Shown piece after piece: positions 54,158 through 63,998 of a stretch of 64,000 bases of DNA. Origin of the DNA: a virus (taxonomy: Duplodnaviria; Caudoviricetes); the IMG/VR virus record IMGVR_UViG_3300013308_000020, positions 28,207-92,206 of that record; one strand, written 5' to 3'. The stretch's first letter is position 1. Every line of letters starts with the position of its first letter. Below the pieces are notes generated by a model. The model made no database searches and was not told where the DNA came from. It saw only the letters and a list, made by a program, of their open reading frames with translations. Position numbers and translations under genes: made by a program.

Positions 54158-54413
54158 TTATCGTTCTATATACAGTTTCTTTAGATGGATGTTTTTCTAC
54201 CATTTTAATTACAGAATCTACTTTAGGTATAATAGCATCTCTACTTTTTATAGCTGAAGTCAAAGCGACCTGATTCATAGTAGGCTCTTTCGGTATCATT
54301 GCAGCTAGAAAAGGAAGAGATTCCTCTATAACTACTCCTGCTGATATACCTACTAAAAACATAAAAGCCTTAGCTTTTAAAGCATTCTGAAATATCTGCA
54401 TAAGTGGATTCAT
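54033..54413 (-). CDS. membrane-anchored protein, putative i-spanin-like
   Basis: N-terminal hydrophobic segment AFMFLVGISAGVVI, helical remainder; likely start ATG 54413 (TAATG coupling). Confidence 0.55.
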   Translation of the reverse strand: MNPLMQIFQNALKAKAFMFLVGISAGVVIEESLPFLAAMIPKEPTMNQVALTSAIKSRDAIIPKVDSVIKMVEKHPSKETVYRTINENVDRITRNATNAELDSILTNWKYTPFTKEGDRERLNRFR

Positions 54414-54616
54414 TAGGATATTAAGCCAAAGGTGTAAAGACAATCTCTATTATCATATAAACTACAACTATAACTCATTGGTTGTGCCGGATAAGGAACA
54501 TTATAATTAAATACATTTTCATAATCTTCATCTGCAATAGCATTACTATCTAGAATTATATAGTTAAATATTGCTCGATTAGGATTCTCAATTGGTTTAG
54601 TTAGCTGCTTCCTCAT
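54413..54616 (-). CDS. hypothetical protein (67 aa)
   Basis: First ORF after the terminator; TAATG coupling downstream. Confidence 0.55.
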   Translation of the reverse strand: MRKQLTKPIENPNRAIFNYIILDSNAIADEDYENVFNYNVPYPAQPMSYSCSLYDNRDCLYTFGLIS

Positions 54617-54704
54617 ATATGTAGTTACTTATAGAGTTTATTTTCCTTTACTCAATATAAAATTATACGGATAATATACAAATAAGTCCGACTTAATTTT
54701 TAAC

Positions 54705-54737
54705 AAAAAGAGTAGCTATGCTAGGCATAACTACTCT
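54705..54737 (-). terminator. Rho-independent terminator after tailspike cluster
   Basis: Minus strand AGAGTAGTTATGC-CTA-GCATAGCTACTCT-TTTT. Confidence 0.85.
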
Positions 54738-54762
54738 ATTAGCTATATACATATAGCCATAA

Positions 54763-56193
54763 TTAGGCAATTGAAGTATTAGTTATTACACCGGCATCAT
54801 TCATAGTAGAATACCAAAGTTTTCCATTAGGGGATGCATAATTTATACTTACATCAGTTAATGAAGTAGAAATAGTTTTATTCGTTAAAGCTGTATTAAA
54901 TATAACTTTATTTAAAGTTACACCGGCACTAGTATTTAATCCTTCAACTGATTGATTAAATTGTACAGAATTTAATTTAATAGGTACTGTTAATGTACCT
55001 AAAGTATTAACGTTATATAGAGATTTAATATTTTGACAAGAATTTTCAAATACTGAATTACTTGTACCAGCAATAGAATTATTAGAAAAAGTATGTCCTA
55101 TTACACAACTTCCCATTGATAATCTATTGAACTGAAAATTAGCTTTAATTATATTTTGATTAGTATAAACACCAGTCCAACTATCAGTATAATTACCTCC
55201 ATAGTAATTAAGATAAGAACCTACCATAGTACTTCTACAAAAAATACCTTTAAATAAAGCATTATAGAAATTTAAGAAGTTTCCATATATCTCACATCCA
55301 GGAAGAAATAGACCTAATGCAAGATAATCAAAAGTATTATCATTAACTTTATTACTATGAAAGGTTGATTGATTTCCAGGGTTAAGAGATTTATTATTAA
55401 AAATTCCTGCACCATCATTAGTAGCAAAGAATGTTACACCATCATTAGTAACAGTATTATTTATAATATTACCAGATCCTTTAAATTCATCATAATTACC
55501 GTTACTCGCATCATGACCAAAGGCATTAAACGTATAAAAATATTTAAGATCTGTAGTAGATATAGTTAATGGTTCAACTACTATATAATTACCATCTCTA
55601 TAATATTGAAATTCTTCCGCAGCATAAAAGTTATCTGTTTCATTAAATAGAAAATCCCATACATCAGAAGCTACAGGAGAAGCCACAGGAGCAGTACCAG
55701 CAGCTACGTTATCTCTTGTCAGAATATAGTAACGCATGACACCTCCAATACTATGCTTAACAATAGCTCCTACTAAATAGGTAGTAGCTGCACTCCAAAG
55801 TCCTGCTTGCGCTCTACCTTTTTTAAATACAACATTTCTAAAATCATATCCTATAACTTCATTATTAAGAATATTATCTTTTCGATAAGTAATAAATCCA
55901 GGTCTAGGTGTAATACCATCTTCACATAAAACATCTGTTATATCATATCTAATAGTATCCTTAGGATAAAGTGTTGAAATAACAATAGAATCAAATGTAT
56001 TAGGTGTAAGGGCTTTAAGAGTTAAAGTCTCCATTGGACCTTTATGTATTATACTTGTTCCATTAATTCTATGTGTTGTAGCATAATCAGTTATTTGATA
56101 TATACCTCCTGCTACAAGACCTCCTGTATCTTTTAATATTTTAATAGCAGAATGATTTGATATAATGTATGGAGTTGCTTCAGAATTTGTCAT
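54763..56193 (-). CDS. tailspike/receptor-binding protein paralogue 3 (beta-helix; 476 aa)
   Basis: Shared N-domain YQITDY..CEDG.TPR.G.I.YRKD, WSAATTY CBM-like motif, Asn/Phe-rich beta-helix repeats, SPNGKLW C-terminus. Confidence 0.72.
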   Translation of the reverse strand: MTNSEATPYIISNHSAIKILKDTGGLVAGGIYQITDYATTHRINGTSIIHKGPMETLTLKALTPNTFDSIVISTLYPKDTIRYDITDVLCEDGITPRPGFITYRKDNILNNEVIGYDFRNVVFKKGRAQAGLWSAATTYLVGAIVKHSIGGVMRYYILTRDNVAAGTAPVASPVASDVWDFLFNETDNFYAAEEFQYYRDGNYIVVEPLTISTTDLKYFYTFNAFGHDASNGNYDEFKGSGNIINNTVTNDGVTFFATNDGAGIFNNKSLNPGNQSTFHSNKVNDNTFDYLALGLFLPGCEIYGNFLNFYNALFKGIFCRSTMVGSYLNYYGGNYTDSWTGVYTNQNIIKANFQFNRLSMGSCVIGHTFSNNSIAGTSNSVFENSCQNIKSLYNVNTLGTLTVPIKLNSVQFNQSVEGLNTSAGVTLNKVIFNTALTNKTISTSLTDVSINYASPNGKLWYSTMNDAGVITNTSIA

Positions 56194-56217
56194 AGTATTA
56201 ATTTATTAAAATTGTGA

Positions 56218-57855
56218 TTATATTATTTTTTCAGTAGTTATTTGTCCTGTATCATCTATACCATGTGCCCATAAAGAACCATCAGGAGATATAGAAGATA
56301 TTACCTTATTAGTTAGTGATATAGGAAATGTCTTAGAAATAGATACAAGACTTACAACACCAGTAAGAACTACTCCTGTATTCGCTACTTGCATAGCTGT
56401 TACAATTTTATTAAATACGCAGTTATTTATAGCAAGAGGTATTGCTAATGTTCCTCCACTAAAATCATTATTAATAACATTCTTGATAGAACTTGCAGCA
56501 AAATAAGTACCCGTTAATAAACTACCCATAAATTTGTTATCTGTACAATTAGCACCAAATGTAACTCCATTGCAAAGTTTAACAAAATTATTTTGAAAGG
56601 TAATATCAAATTCATTATTCTGTATAATACCTGCAATATTACTAGACCAACTACTATTACAATTATTATTATAAGCTAATATCAAAATGTTATTTGAAGT
56701 AACAGCTTCTGCAAAAAAGTTATTAAATGCTCTACCATTATTAAAAGTATTATATTGAAAATTTACACCAATTACATTATTATTAAATTGACTGGAAAAG
56801 TTATTCTGATACGTTCTTCCCCAATAAAGTCCATTATTAAATAATGCAATATTACTAGTAAAACCGGAATCAGTTGTATTACCTGCAAATCCTCCCTGAA
56901 GAAGATTATTTAATGAACCTGAACCTATTCTATTAGTATTAAAGTTTTTACCTGCAATAGTAGAATCAGCACAACCTGTATCAAATATACAATCATAATT
57001 ACTAACTCCATCATCAAGATTTGATACAAAAACAATATTATTATATGTTGTATGTTTCTTTATACTAATTTGTTTAACACTTCCTATAGCACCTATAGTA
57101 GTAGTATTGAAAGTATGATAATCAATAAAAGTATTAACATCTACAGGAACGTTAGAAGAAGCAGCTAAATTAAATCCTGCTGGTTTAGTAGCTACATGAA
57201 AAGTATTAACTGTATATAATATTCTTTCCCACCAAGGACTCCTAATTTGATATTGATTTAATTGTGTACTAGCAATGGGATCATTAGCAGTATTGGATGC
57301 CTTTTTAGATAAATAAGCATGTCCATCAGAACCTAAAACTAATGCCCATTTAGCATAAGTAGTTCCTGCACTCCAAGCATTAGGAGTTACTTTCCATCTT
57401 CTAAACTTTACAGCTCTAAAATCATAATAAGTTTCAATATCAAGATTAACATCTCTTCTATAAATTATCTTACCTCTTCTAGGAGTAATATTATCTTCGC
57501 ATACAATATCATTAATATTATAATGAATTATATCAGTAGGATATGTAATTGAATAAGAAATAGGAGAGAAAGTAGTATTAGTTGCAGCTAATACAAGTAG
57601 TTCTTCAACACCTTCATCTTTAACAGGTTTATTAGGATCCCATAAAGCAGGATTATTGTAAACAACTCCGTTTACTGCAAGGGCTTTGGTACTAGGAGCA
57701 GTATCAGTATAAGGAATTATATGTATAGTTTGATGGTCAGTTATTCTATAAACAGCTCCTGGTTTTAAAGTACCAGCAGTAGCTAAAGCTCTTATCTGAG
57801 CATGAGTACCTACAACACCTATAGGAGACTCAGAAAGTTGTGCATGTACTCCCAT
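56218..57855 (-). CDS. tailspike/receptor-binding protein paralogue 2 (beta-helix; 545 aa)
   Basis: YRITDH..CEDN.TPRRGKIIYRRD, WSAGTTY, G..F..N repeats, SPDGSLW. Confidence 0.72.
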   Translation of the reverse strand: MGVHAQLSESPIGVVGTHAQIRALATAGTLKPGAVYRITDHQTIHIIPYTDTAPSTKALAVNGVVYNNPALWDPNKPVKDEGVEELLVLAATNTTFSPISYSITYPTDIIHYNINDIVCEDNITPRRGKIIYRRDVNLDIETYYDFRAVKFRRWKVTPNAWSAGTTYAKWALVLGSDGHAYLSKKASNTANDPIASTQLNQYQIRSPWWERILYTVNTFHVATKPAGFNLAASSNVPVDVNTFIDYHTFNTTTIGAIGSVKQISIKKHTTYNNIVFVSNLDDGVSNYDCIFDTGCADSTIAGKNFNTNRIGSGSLNNLLQGGFAGNTTDSGFTSNIALFNNGLYWGRTYQNNFSSQFNNNVIGVNFQYNTFNNGRAFNNFFAEAVTSNNILILAYNNNCNSSWSSNIAGIIQNNEFDITFQNNFVKLCNGVTFGANCTDNKFMGSLLTGTYFAASSIKNVINNDFSGGTLAIPLAINNCVFNKIVTAMQVANTGVVLTGVVSLVSISKTFPISLTNKVISSISPDGSLWAHGIDDTGQITTEKII

Positions 57856-57856
57856 A

Positions 57857-59626
57857 TTAGCTTATTAAAGTTGTGGTTAAACTACCTGTATTAGATTGAA
57901 TAGTTAATGCCCATAATGCTCCATCAGGAGAAGCGTTAACTGTCGAATCACTTTGATTACTTGTAATATTCTTATTAGTTATAGCTGAATTAAAAACAAC
58001 TCTAGTTAAGGTTATACCTGCATTAGTTGTTAGTCCTGAAACAGGTTGATTAAATACACAGCTAATAAGACTAAGAGGAGCAGCTTGTGTGCCACCACTA
58101 AAAGTATTATTAAATGTATTCTGACTTGTTCCAATTGCAAAATATGTTCCTGCTGCTATTGTACCATTAATTTTATTGTATTGAAAATTGTCCGGTATAT
58201 TTAAATTATTAAAAATGCAGTTTTTAATTGAATTGTATCTAAAAAGGTTTCCTACAGTTGAATTACTAACTCCCATAATGAAATTGGATTTACAACCGTT
58301 TCCAAATATAGTAGCCCTTAATCCGCTTGTACCATCTCCCCCACCATAAACTACATTCTGTGAGAAAGTATCACCAAAATTACAGCTATTCACAAATTGA
58401 AAAACATTATCTTGAGAATCTTTATTAAATGAATTATTATAAAAGTGTCCTTGAATATAATTACGTTCAAAACTAACTCCAAAAAAACCATTTGCTATAT
58501 AAGAACCTTCTAAAACAGTATTATATCGAAATTGCCCGTTTAAAACATGCCCTGAAAAACCCCCTCCAATTTTATTATCTGAAGTTCCTCCCAAACTCAT
58601 AAAATCACAATAAGCAGCTATACTATTTGCAAAACCTGAACCTGTTTCATTATTATAAAAAACTCCCTGAATAATAATGTTACCACTACCCATACCAAAT
58701 TTATTATTTAAAATAAACCATCCCTGAATAGTACAATTATAACAGCCAATTTCAAATTCATTATTTAAAGTATAATAATTATTATCCGGTGCACCACCCC
58801 AATCTAAAGCATCATTAATAAAAATGATATTATTATAACCAGGAGTAAAGCCAATTTTTATATTATTAGCTAATCCATAATCGCCTTTTACTCCATTAGT
58901 ATTGAATGTATACCAATCAGTAAAATCATTAGCATCTACTGGAATATTTGCTGAAGCAATTTGCTGCGTGTCTGGTTGATAAGCTAAATATTGATTCTTA
59001 TTAGCTAGAACTATCTTTTCCCACCAAATAGAATTAGTGTTTGCATATTCATTAAACCATGAATTATTAGGATCATAATAAGAAGAATTAATTGGGTCAT
59101 TTCCAGTATTACTGGCTCTTTTTGAAATGTAAATACTTCCATCTGAACCTAAAACCGCTTCACTTCTAGGATATGTTTTTAAATTATCATAAGCAACCGG
59201 TTTTAATTTCCAACGTCTAAATATGACATTTCTCCAATCATAATAAATTTCTATATTAACTATAGGATCTTTTCTATAAATAATCTTACCTGTTCTAGAA
59301 GTAGTTCCATCTTCACATACATCATCATTTAAATTATAGTAAATAATATCTCTAGGATATATAGAAGAGAATGCAGCAGAATCTAAAACATTAACTGTAT
59401 TTGCTCTTATACTTAGAGGTTCAATAGGACCGATATGAATTTCAGTTGTTCCACTAATTTGATGTTTAGTTTGATAATCTATTATTCTATAATAAGTTCC
59501 AGGTATTAAACTATTAGCTGCAATCTTAAGTACTAAGTTAGCATAAGTAATATCTAATGGAGCTTTTAAAAAATCAAATACAGAATCTCGTAATTGTTCT
59601 TTCTTTATTCTATTATCTATAGCCAT
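57857..59626 (-). CDS. tailspike/receptor-binding protein paralogue 1 (beta-helix; 589 aa)
   Basis: YRIIDY..CEDGTTSRTGKIIYRKD, G..F..N repeats, SPDGALW. Confidence 0.72.
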   Translation of the reverse strand: MAIDNRIKKEQLRDSVFDFLKAPLDITYANLVLKIAANSLIPGTYYRIIDYQTKHQISGTTEIHIGPIEPLSIRANTVNVLDSAAFSSIYPRDIIYYNLNDDVCEDGTTSRTGKIIYRKDPIVNIEIYYDWRNVIFRRWKLKPVAYDNLKTYPRSEAVLGSDGSIYISKRASNTGNDPINSSYYDPNNSWFNEYANTNSIWWEKIVLANKNQYLAYQPDTQQIASANIPVDANDFTDWYTFNTNGVKGDYGLANNIKIGFTPGYNNIIFINDALDWGGAPDNNYYTLNNEFEIGCYNCTIQGWFILNNKFGMGSGNIIIQGVFYNNETGSGFANSIAAYCDFMSLGGTSDNKIGGGFSGHVLNGQFRYNTVLEGSYIANGFFGVSFERNYIQGHFYNNSFNKDSQDNVFQFVNSCNFGDTFSQNVVYGGGDGTSGLRATIFGNGCKSNFIMGVSNSTVGNLFRYNSIKNCIFNNLNIPDNFQYNKINGTIAAGTYFAIGTSQNTFNNTFSGGTQAAPLSLISCVFNQPVSGLTTNAGITLTRVVFNSAITNKNITSNQSDSTVNASPDGALWALTIQSNTGSLTTTLIS

Positions 59627-59639
59627 AATCTTAGATTAA

Positions 59640-61907
59640 TTAATTTGGAAAATATGTCATTGTTGCTCTAATAGTTGTTTGATCATAATCTTTTACAAGA
59701 GAAATTTTTCCAGTTGCAGCTTCAATCTTAAGTATATTAGTACTTCCATTATCTCCAATAACAGGAAAATATTTTGCAGTTAATGGTCTTGTACCTGTTG
59801 GAAGAGTTGCTATAATACCACCTGCAAAATAAATTACAGCATTAGTAATAATTATAGATAATTGACATATACCATTTGTTCGTGTTATATTAGTTTGATT
59901 TACTACAGTTGTAAAACCTCCTCCAACGGTTAAATTAGCAGTTGCAACATTATTTTGTAAATCAAAATCTGAAGTATAAGCGTAAGTACCTTGAGTTACA
60001 CCACCATTACTTTCACATTGTAATCGTAAGTTTCCTGTATTAAGTCTTATTACTAATCCACTACCTGATTTTTTATAGAAAAGTCCACCATCAAATAATT
60101 GAAAACCATAACCATCTGTTCCAACGAAGAAATGATTATTAGTAACTGTTTTATATCCTGTAATTGTTTCAGCACCTGCTAAATGAACTACAGCATTATC
60201 AGTTGCTTTTAATGCATTTCCTGCATTAACGGCATCTACTGTTGGATATTTAGTTCCAGTACCATCAATAGCTAATGAATTTTGTTTATTAGCTTTATCT
60301 TCTTTATTAGCTACATCTACTGTAGTAGAACCATAAGTATAAATTATAGTTATTAAATCTTTATCCGCAGCACTAGATATATTAAAAGTACTTGGAGCAG
60401 TAAAAGTATATTGTGCAGAAGATAATGCCTGACCATTCATTGATACTTCAATAATGGTATTGACAACATGAGATACTAAGAATGTTTTATTTGTTCCTAC
60501 AGCTTCATATTCTTGTACTGTAATCTCTTTAGCAAGATATCCAACACCTCCTGTAAGAATACCATCTATATAAATTTTAGAATCAGATAAGGTTTTAGTA
60601 TCTCCCGCATTAACAGCATCTACAGTAGGTATTTTATTACCTGTTCCATCTGTATTTAAATTATTTTGTATTCTTCCTAATAAAGTATTTATCTGACCTT
60701 GAAGTTTACCAAAAGCCATTATTACAGTATCAGCAGTAGTAATAGTCGCAGTTGTAGCTACAGTTAATCCTGTAAGTAGAGTGGCTAATACTCTATCCAT
60801 ACTAAACCATTTATTATTAGGATTAGTAGGTTCAGATATATCATCTGTATCTAAAACTACAACACCAGTAGCACCATTAACTGAAGTAACAGTACCATCA
60901 TTATTAATAGTTACAACTGTAGCACTATTAGGTATATCATCAGTTATAGTAACATTTCCTAGGAACTGTAATTTATTTCTTTGAGCAAATGAAATTGTAT
61001 CATTAGCTATTACGTGTCCTACACCTGTACCAACTATTGAAAAGAAGGGAGCACCCCATGAAATACCATCCCATTTATATACATCATTAGTATCTCTTCT
61101 AAGACCTAAATCCCCCGCATGTTGACCTGTTTGAGCATCTTGTTCAGCTTGACTATTCCAAGCATATTTTATTCCATAAGTAGATAATAGTCTAAACATA
61201 TTATCTGTTTCATCTTTGGAATATGTATATCTTACTACAGCACCAGATGTAGGTACTTCTGCATCACTATTATTTACTTGACTTTTAACATCACTTAATG
61301 GTAAATAATTAGCTAAGGTGGTTGCTAAATCTGTAATGTCAGACATTACATGTGTATGTACATCAGGAGGAAAAGTAGCAGGTTTACCTGCAATATCTAC
61401 CCATGCAACTGAAGCACTTGAACCACCTACTTTTTGCCATAAAGCACCATCATATTTAGCTTGGTCGTATTGTAAGAAATCAATACTTCCTGCACCAAAA
61501 TCACGAGCACCTGCAACAGATGCAATCCAGTATTGTCCTATAACACCTGTACCATTTGCTATTACTGGTGTAGCAGCAGCAGGGTCAAAAAATCCTTGAA
61601 AAGGTTCAGCAGTACTAGCTACAAATTCTTGCCAATCGTTATCAGTAGTAGTATCAGTTCCAGGTTCATTCTTTAACCACCATAATTTAACTTCTGTACC
61701 TGTTCTAACACATACAAAGAAAGGTCTAGGTGTAGCATTAACTCCACCATTTTCATAAGTATATTTACGTCTATCAATAGGAATAAGATTTCTTTCCGCT
61801 GTAGAATAAACAGAATGAAAACCTAAAGCAGTTCTATTGGCATCCCCTGTAGCATAGGTGTCTGTCTCCGCAAACGTACCTACTCTATCACTTAATTTTA
61901 CTGCCAT
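59640..61907 (-). CDS. tail fibre protein (755 aa)
   Basis: W.DI.GKPATFPP..HTH, VTSVNGATG.V.L, duplicated DGTG.K.PTVDAVNAG, AETITGYKT, C-terminal IATLPTGTRP domain. Confidence 0.8.
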   Translation of the reverse strand: MAVKLSDRVGTFAETDTYATGDANRTALGFHSVYSTAERNLIPIDRRKYTYENGGVNATPRPFFVCVRTGTEVKLWWLKNEPGTDTTTDNDWQEFVASTAEPFQGFFDPAAATPVIANGTGVIGQYWIASVAGARDFGAGSIDFLQYDQAKYDGALWQKVGGSSASVAWVDIAGKPATFPPDVHTHVMSDITDLATTLANYLPLSDVKSQVNNSDAEVPTSGAVVRYTYSKDETDNMFRLLSTYGIKYAWNSQAEQDAQTGQHAGDLGLRRDTNDVYKWDGISWGAPFFSIVGTGVGHVIANDTISFAQRNKLQFLGNVTITDDIPNSATVVTINNDGTVTSVNGATGVVVLDTDDISEPTNPNNKWFSMDRVLATLLTGLTVATTATITTADTVIMAFGKLQGQINTLLGRIQNNLNTDGTGNKIPTVDAVNAGDTKTLSDSKIYIDGILTGGVGYLAKEITVQEYEAVGTNKTFLVSHVVNTIIEVSMNGQALSSAQYTFTAPSTFNISSAADKDLITIIYTYGSTTVDVANKEDKANKQNSLAIDGTGTKYPTVDAVNAGNALKATDNAVVHLAGAETITGYKTVTNNHFFVGTDGYGFQLFDGGLFYKKSGSGLVIRLNTGNLRLQCESNGGVTQGTYAYTSDFDLQNNVATANLTVGGGFTTVVNQTNITRTNGICQLSIIITNAVIYFAGGIIATLPTGTRPLTAKYFPVIGDNGSTNILKIEAATGKISLVKDYDQTTIRATMTYFPN

Positions 61908-61908
61908 A

Positions 61909-63045
61909 TCATATTATATATATAGAGATTTCTGCACCTAAATTAAATTTAGTTCTATAAAGTTGACCTGCAAGAGCTAAATCTACTGGATTATTTACAG
62001 TTAAAGGTACAGGAGGTTCCATACTAACTTCAAGTCTTGTTACTGAATCCATAAACTTAATTCCAGTTTGATCAATATTATTAGGTATAAATACATATTT
62101 AAATCCTGCACCATAAATAGTGAAACTAATTTGTCTACCATTAGTCTTAGCAGAATTGAAGGCTTTTACTTCACTAGCAGTTACAGTAGGATCTGTATCA
62201 TTTCCAAACCATATTCTAGAATACCAAGTAAGATATACAGAGGGGCGATTCATTGGTACAGGAACATCTACCGTTGAACTAGATGCAAGACCATTAAGAG
62301 TTATTATTAATGTTCCTGGAGTTGTTTTAGTATAATCTCCTGAAAATGTACGTGTATCACCTGATGTGCCAAATAAATTAAATGGAGGATTACTAACAAA
62401 AGGAGAAGCTTCACTAATAGTTAAATTACCTGAAGCACTATCATTTAGAACATTAGCAGGTAAATCAATAGACCAACTTAAAGTCATTACACCATTAATA
62501 ACTTCTCCTAAATCGTAACTAGTAGGTTTATTTTGACTAAAGGATGTGAATGAAGGTACAGTATATTTATTCATTAATTTATTTAGGAACTCTTCTAGTG
62601 TACCTATAAAACTAGTACCAAATCTATCTTGAAATTGATTAATATTTGTAAGAGCAATATTTATATCATTATCAACATGAGTATGAGGAATAAGAGCAAC
62701 ATTAGGTTTACCCTCTATATTATCCCAATGACACTTTCCGCCACCACTACCGCCACCACTAATTATAATTTCTATAAGTCCAGTAAGACTTATAGGAATT
62801 ACTTTATTTAGATTACCTATATGAGTTATATATAATACTAAATTATTTATTTCTTCTTCTGTATAATCATTAGGAATAATAAATAATGCAGTATGATATA
62901 AAGATAAAAAGTTATATAAACATTTATGTTGTTCTGCACATTCATATTCATCGTCAAGTTCAGCTTTAGCTTGCTTATAAGCTGTATCTAACATTGCAGA
63001 TAACAACTTAACTCTAAAAGTTTCTAATTGTTCAGATGTTAGCAT
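61909..63045 (-). CDS. tail-associated structural protein (378 aa)
   Basis: WDNIEGKP...HTH fibre-type motif; beta-rich C-terminal domain; structural-module position. Confidence 0.62.
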   Translation of the reverse strand: MLTSEQLETFRVKLLSAMLDTAYKQAKAELDDEYECAEQHKCLYNFLSLYHTALFIIPNDYTEEEINNLVLYITHIGNLNKVIPISLTGLIEIIISGGGSGGGKCHWDNIEGKPNVALIPHTHVDNDINIALTNINQFQDRFGTSFIGTLEEFLNKLMNKYTVPSFTSFSQNKPTSYDLGEVINGVMTLSWSIDLPANVLNDSASGNLTISEASPFVSNPPFNLFGTSGDTRTFSGDYTKTTPGTLIITLNGLASSSTVDVPVPMNRPSVYLTWYSRIWFGNDTDPTVTASEVKAFNSAKTNGRQISFTIYGAGFKYVFIPNNIDQTGIKFMDSVTRLEVSMEPPVPLTVNNPVDLALAGQLYRTKFNLGAEISIYII

Positions 63046-63722
63046 GAGCAGGAACAGTTAGGATTTGATATAGATTCTAATATTATTTCACCTTTATAAA
63101 ATTCATTAGATGCAGCAGCAATTTCTACAGCTTCTAATTTATCTCGTAAGCAGCGTAAATCAGTTATGTTAGGACTACAACAAATATTACCATCTTTAGG
63201 AATAACTAAAGCATCTTCACTATAAGTAAATGCTAAGTTATTAAAGTAAAGAAATTCTACTGATTCATAGAAAGTACTTTCTCCAGCATTTGGAATCTCA
63301 ACTTTATTAATTACATCTTCAGGAGCAAATACATCTATTATCTCCCAATTTGTATAGTCAATATCAGGAGTAGTATAGGGAGATAAAATATCAAATAAAG
63401 CAATATAATAAATACCTACATGATATACAATTGTACCTTTAGTTATAAATGCAGGAACATATTGAGATACAAGTTTAACAAATATAGGTACTAATACTAA
63501 TTCAAATTTATAATGACCATCAACTAAATCTGTAAATACCCATTTAGCATCAGCAGTTAAATCTGTAAATGGAACAGTTATATGTACATCTCCCGTAGAC
63601 TTCTTTAAATTAAAAAATGTAGCACCTACATAATTATTTCTAAATTCAGGAGAAGCATATATAGTGGTATCAAGAATAGTTATTGTAGTATCAACTATTT
63701 CGTGGGAAAGTAATATATCCAT
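63039..63722 (-). CDS. putative ring/collar structural protein (227 aa)
   Basis: DGHYKF motif; Cys-rich C-terminus (NCSCSC); first gene after a terminator in the structural module. Confidence 0.55.
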   Translation of the reverse strand: MDILLSHEIVDTTITILDTTIYASPEFRNNYVGATFFNLKKSTGDVHITVPFTDLTADAKWVFTDLVDGHYKFELVLVPIFVKLVSQYVPAFITKGTIVYHVGIYYIALFDILSPYTTPDIDYTNWEIIDVFAPEDVINKVEIPNAGESTFYESVEFLYFNNLAFTYSEDALVIPKDGNICCSPNITDLRCLRDKLEAVEIAAASNEFYKGEIILESISNPNCSCSC

Positions 63723-63742
63723 TTTATTATTGATTTAGAAGG

Positions 63743-63777
63743 TAAAAATATAGGGAGACATTTCTATCTCCCTATAT
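63743..63777 (-). terminator. Rho-independent terminator
   Basis: Minus strand ATATAGGGAGA-TAGAAATG-TCTCCCTATAT-TTTT. Confidence 0.85.
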
Positions 63778-63797
63778 GTTATGAACACCAGTAAATA

Positions 63798-63998
63798 TTA
63801 ATGTTTGTGCCCATCTCTATGAGCATTTTTTTCCCGTTCTTCTCTTTCCTTTGCTTCTTTTGCTTCTCTTTCTTTTTCTTCCTGTTTTTCTCTTAGAGTT
63901 TGTTCTGCAGGAAGTTGTGTTGCATGTCCTCTTTCAGCTCTTTCTCTTTCTTCTCTTTCTCTTTGAGAGTGTTCTGCCGGAAGTTGCTCAGCTTTTCC
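63798..63998 (-). CDS. 3' end of a highly charged low-complexity protein (truncated by window)
   Basis: Open frame GKAEQLPAEHSQREREERERAERGHATQLPAEQTLREKQEEKEREAKEAKEREEREKNAHRDGHKH*, followed by a terminator. Confidence 0.6.
   Translation of the reverse strand, partial: GKAEQLPAEHSQREREERERAERGHATQLPAEQTLREKQEEKEREAKEAKEREEREKNAHRDGHKH

Noticed and set aside
54763-61907. Diversity-generating retroelement or invertible shufflon acting on tail genes
   Set aside because: No reverse transcriptase or recombinase, no near-identical TR/VR pair and no inverted cassettes. Similarity is diverged and mainly at the protein level.
21167-63722. Short + strand ORFs and alternative-frame ORFs in the ORF track inside the large minus-strand genes
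   Set aside because: They are antisense or shadow frames of long genes, with biased composition and no motifs. The same applies to the short minus-strand ORFs in 1-21098.
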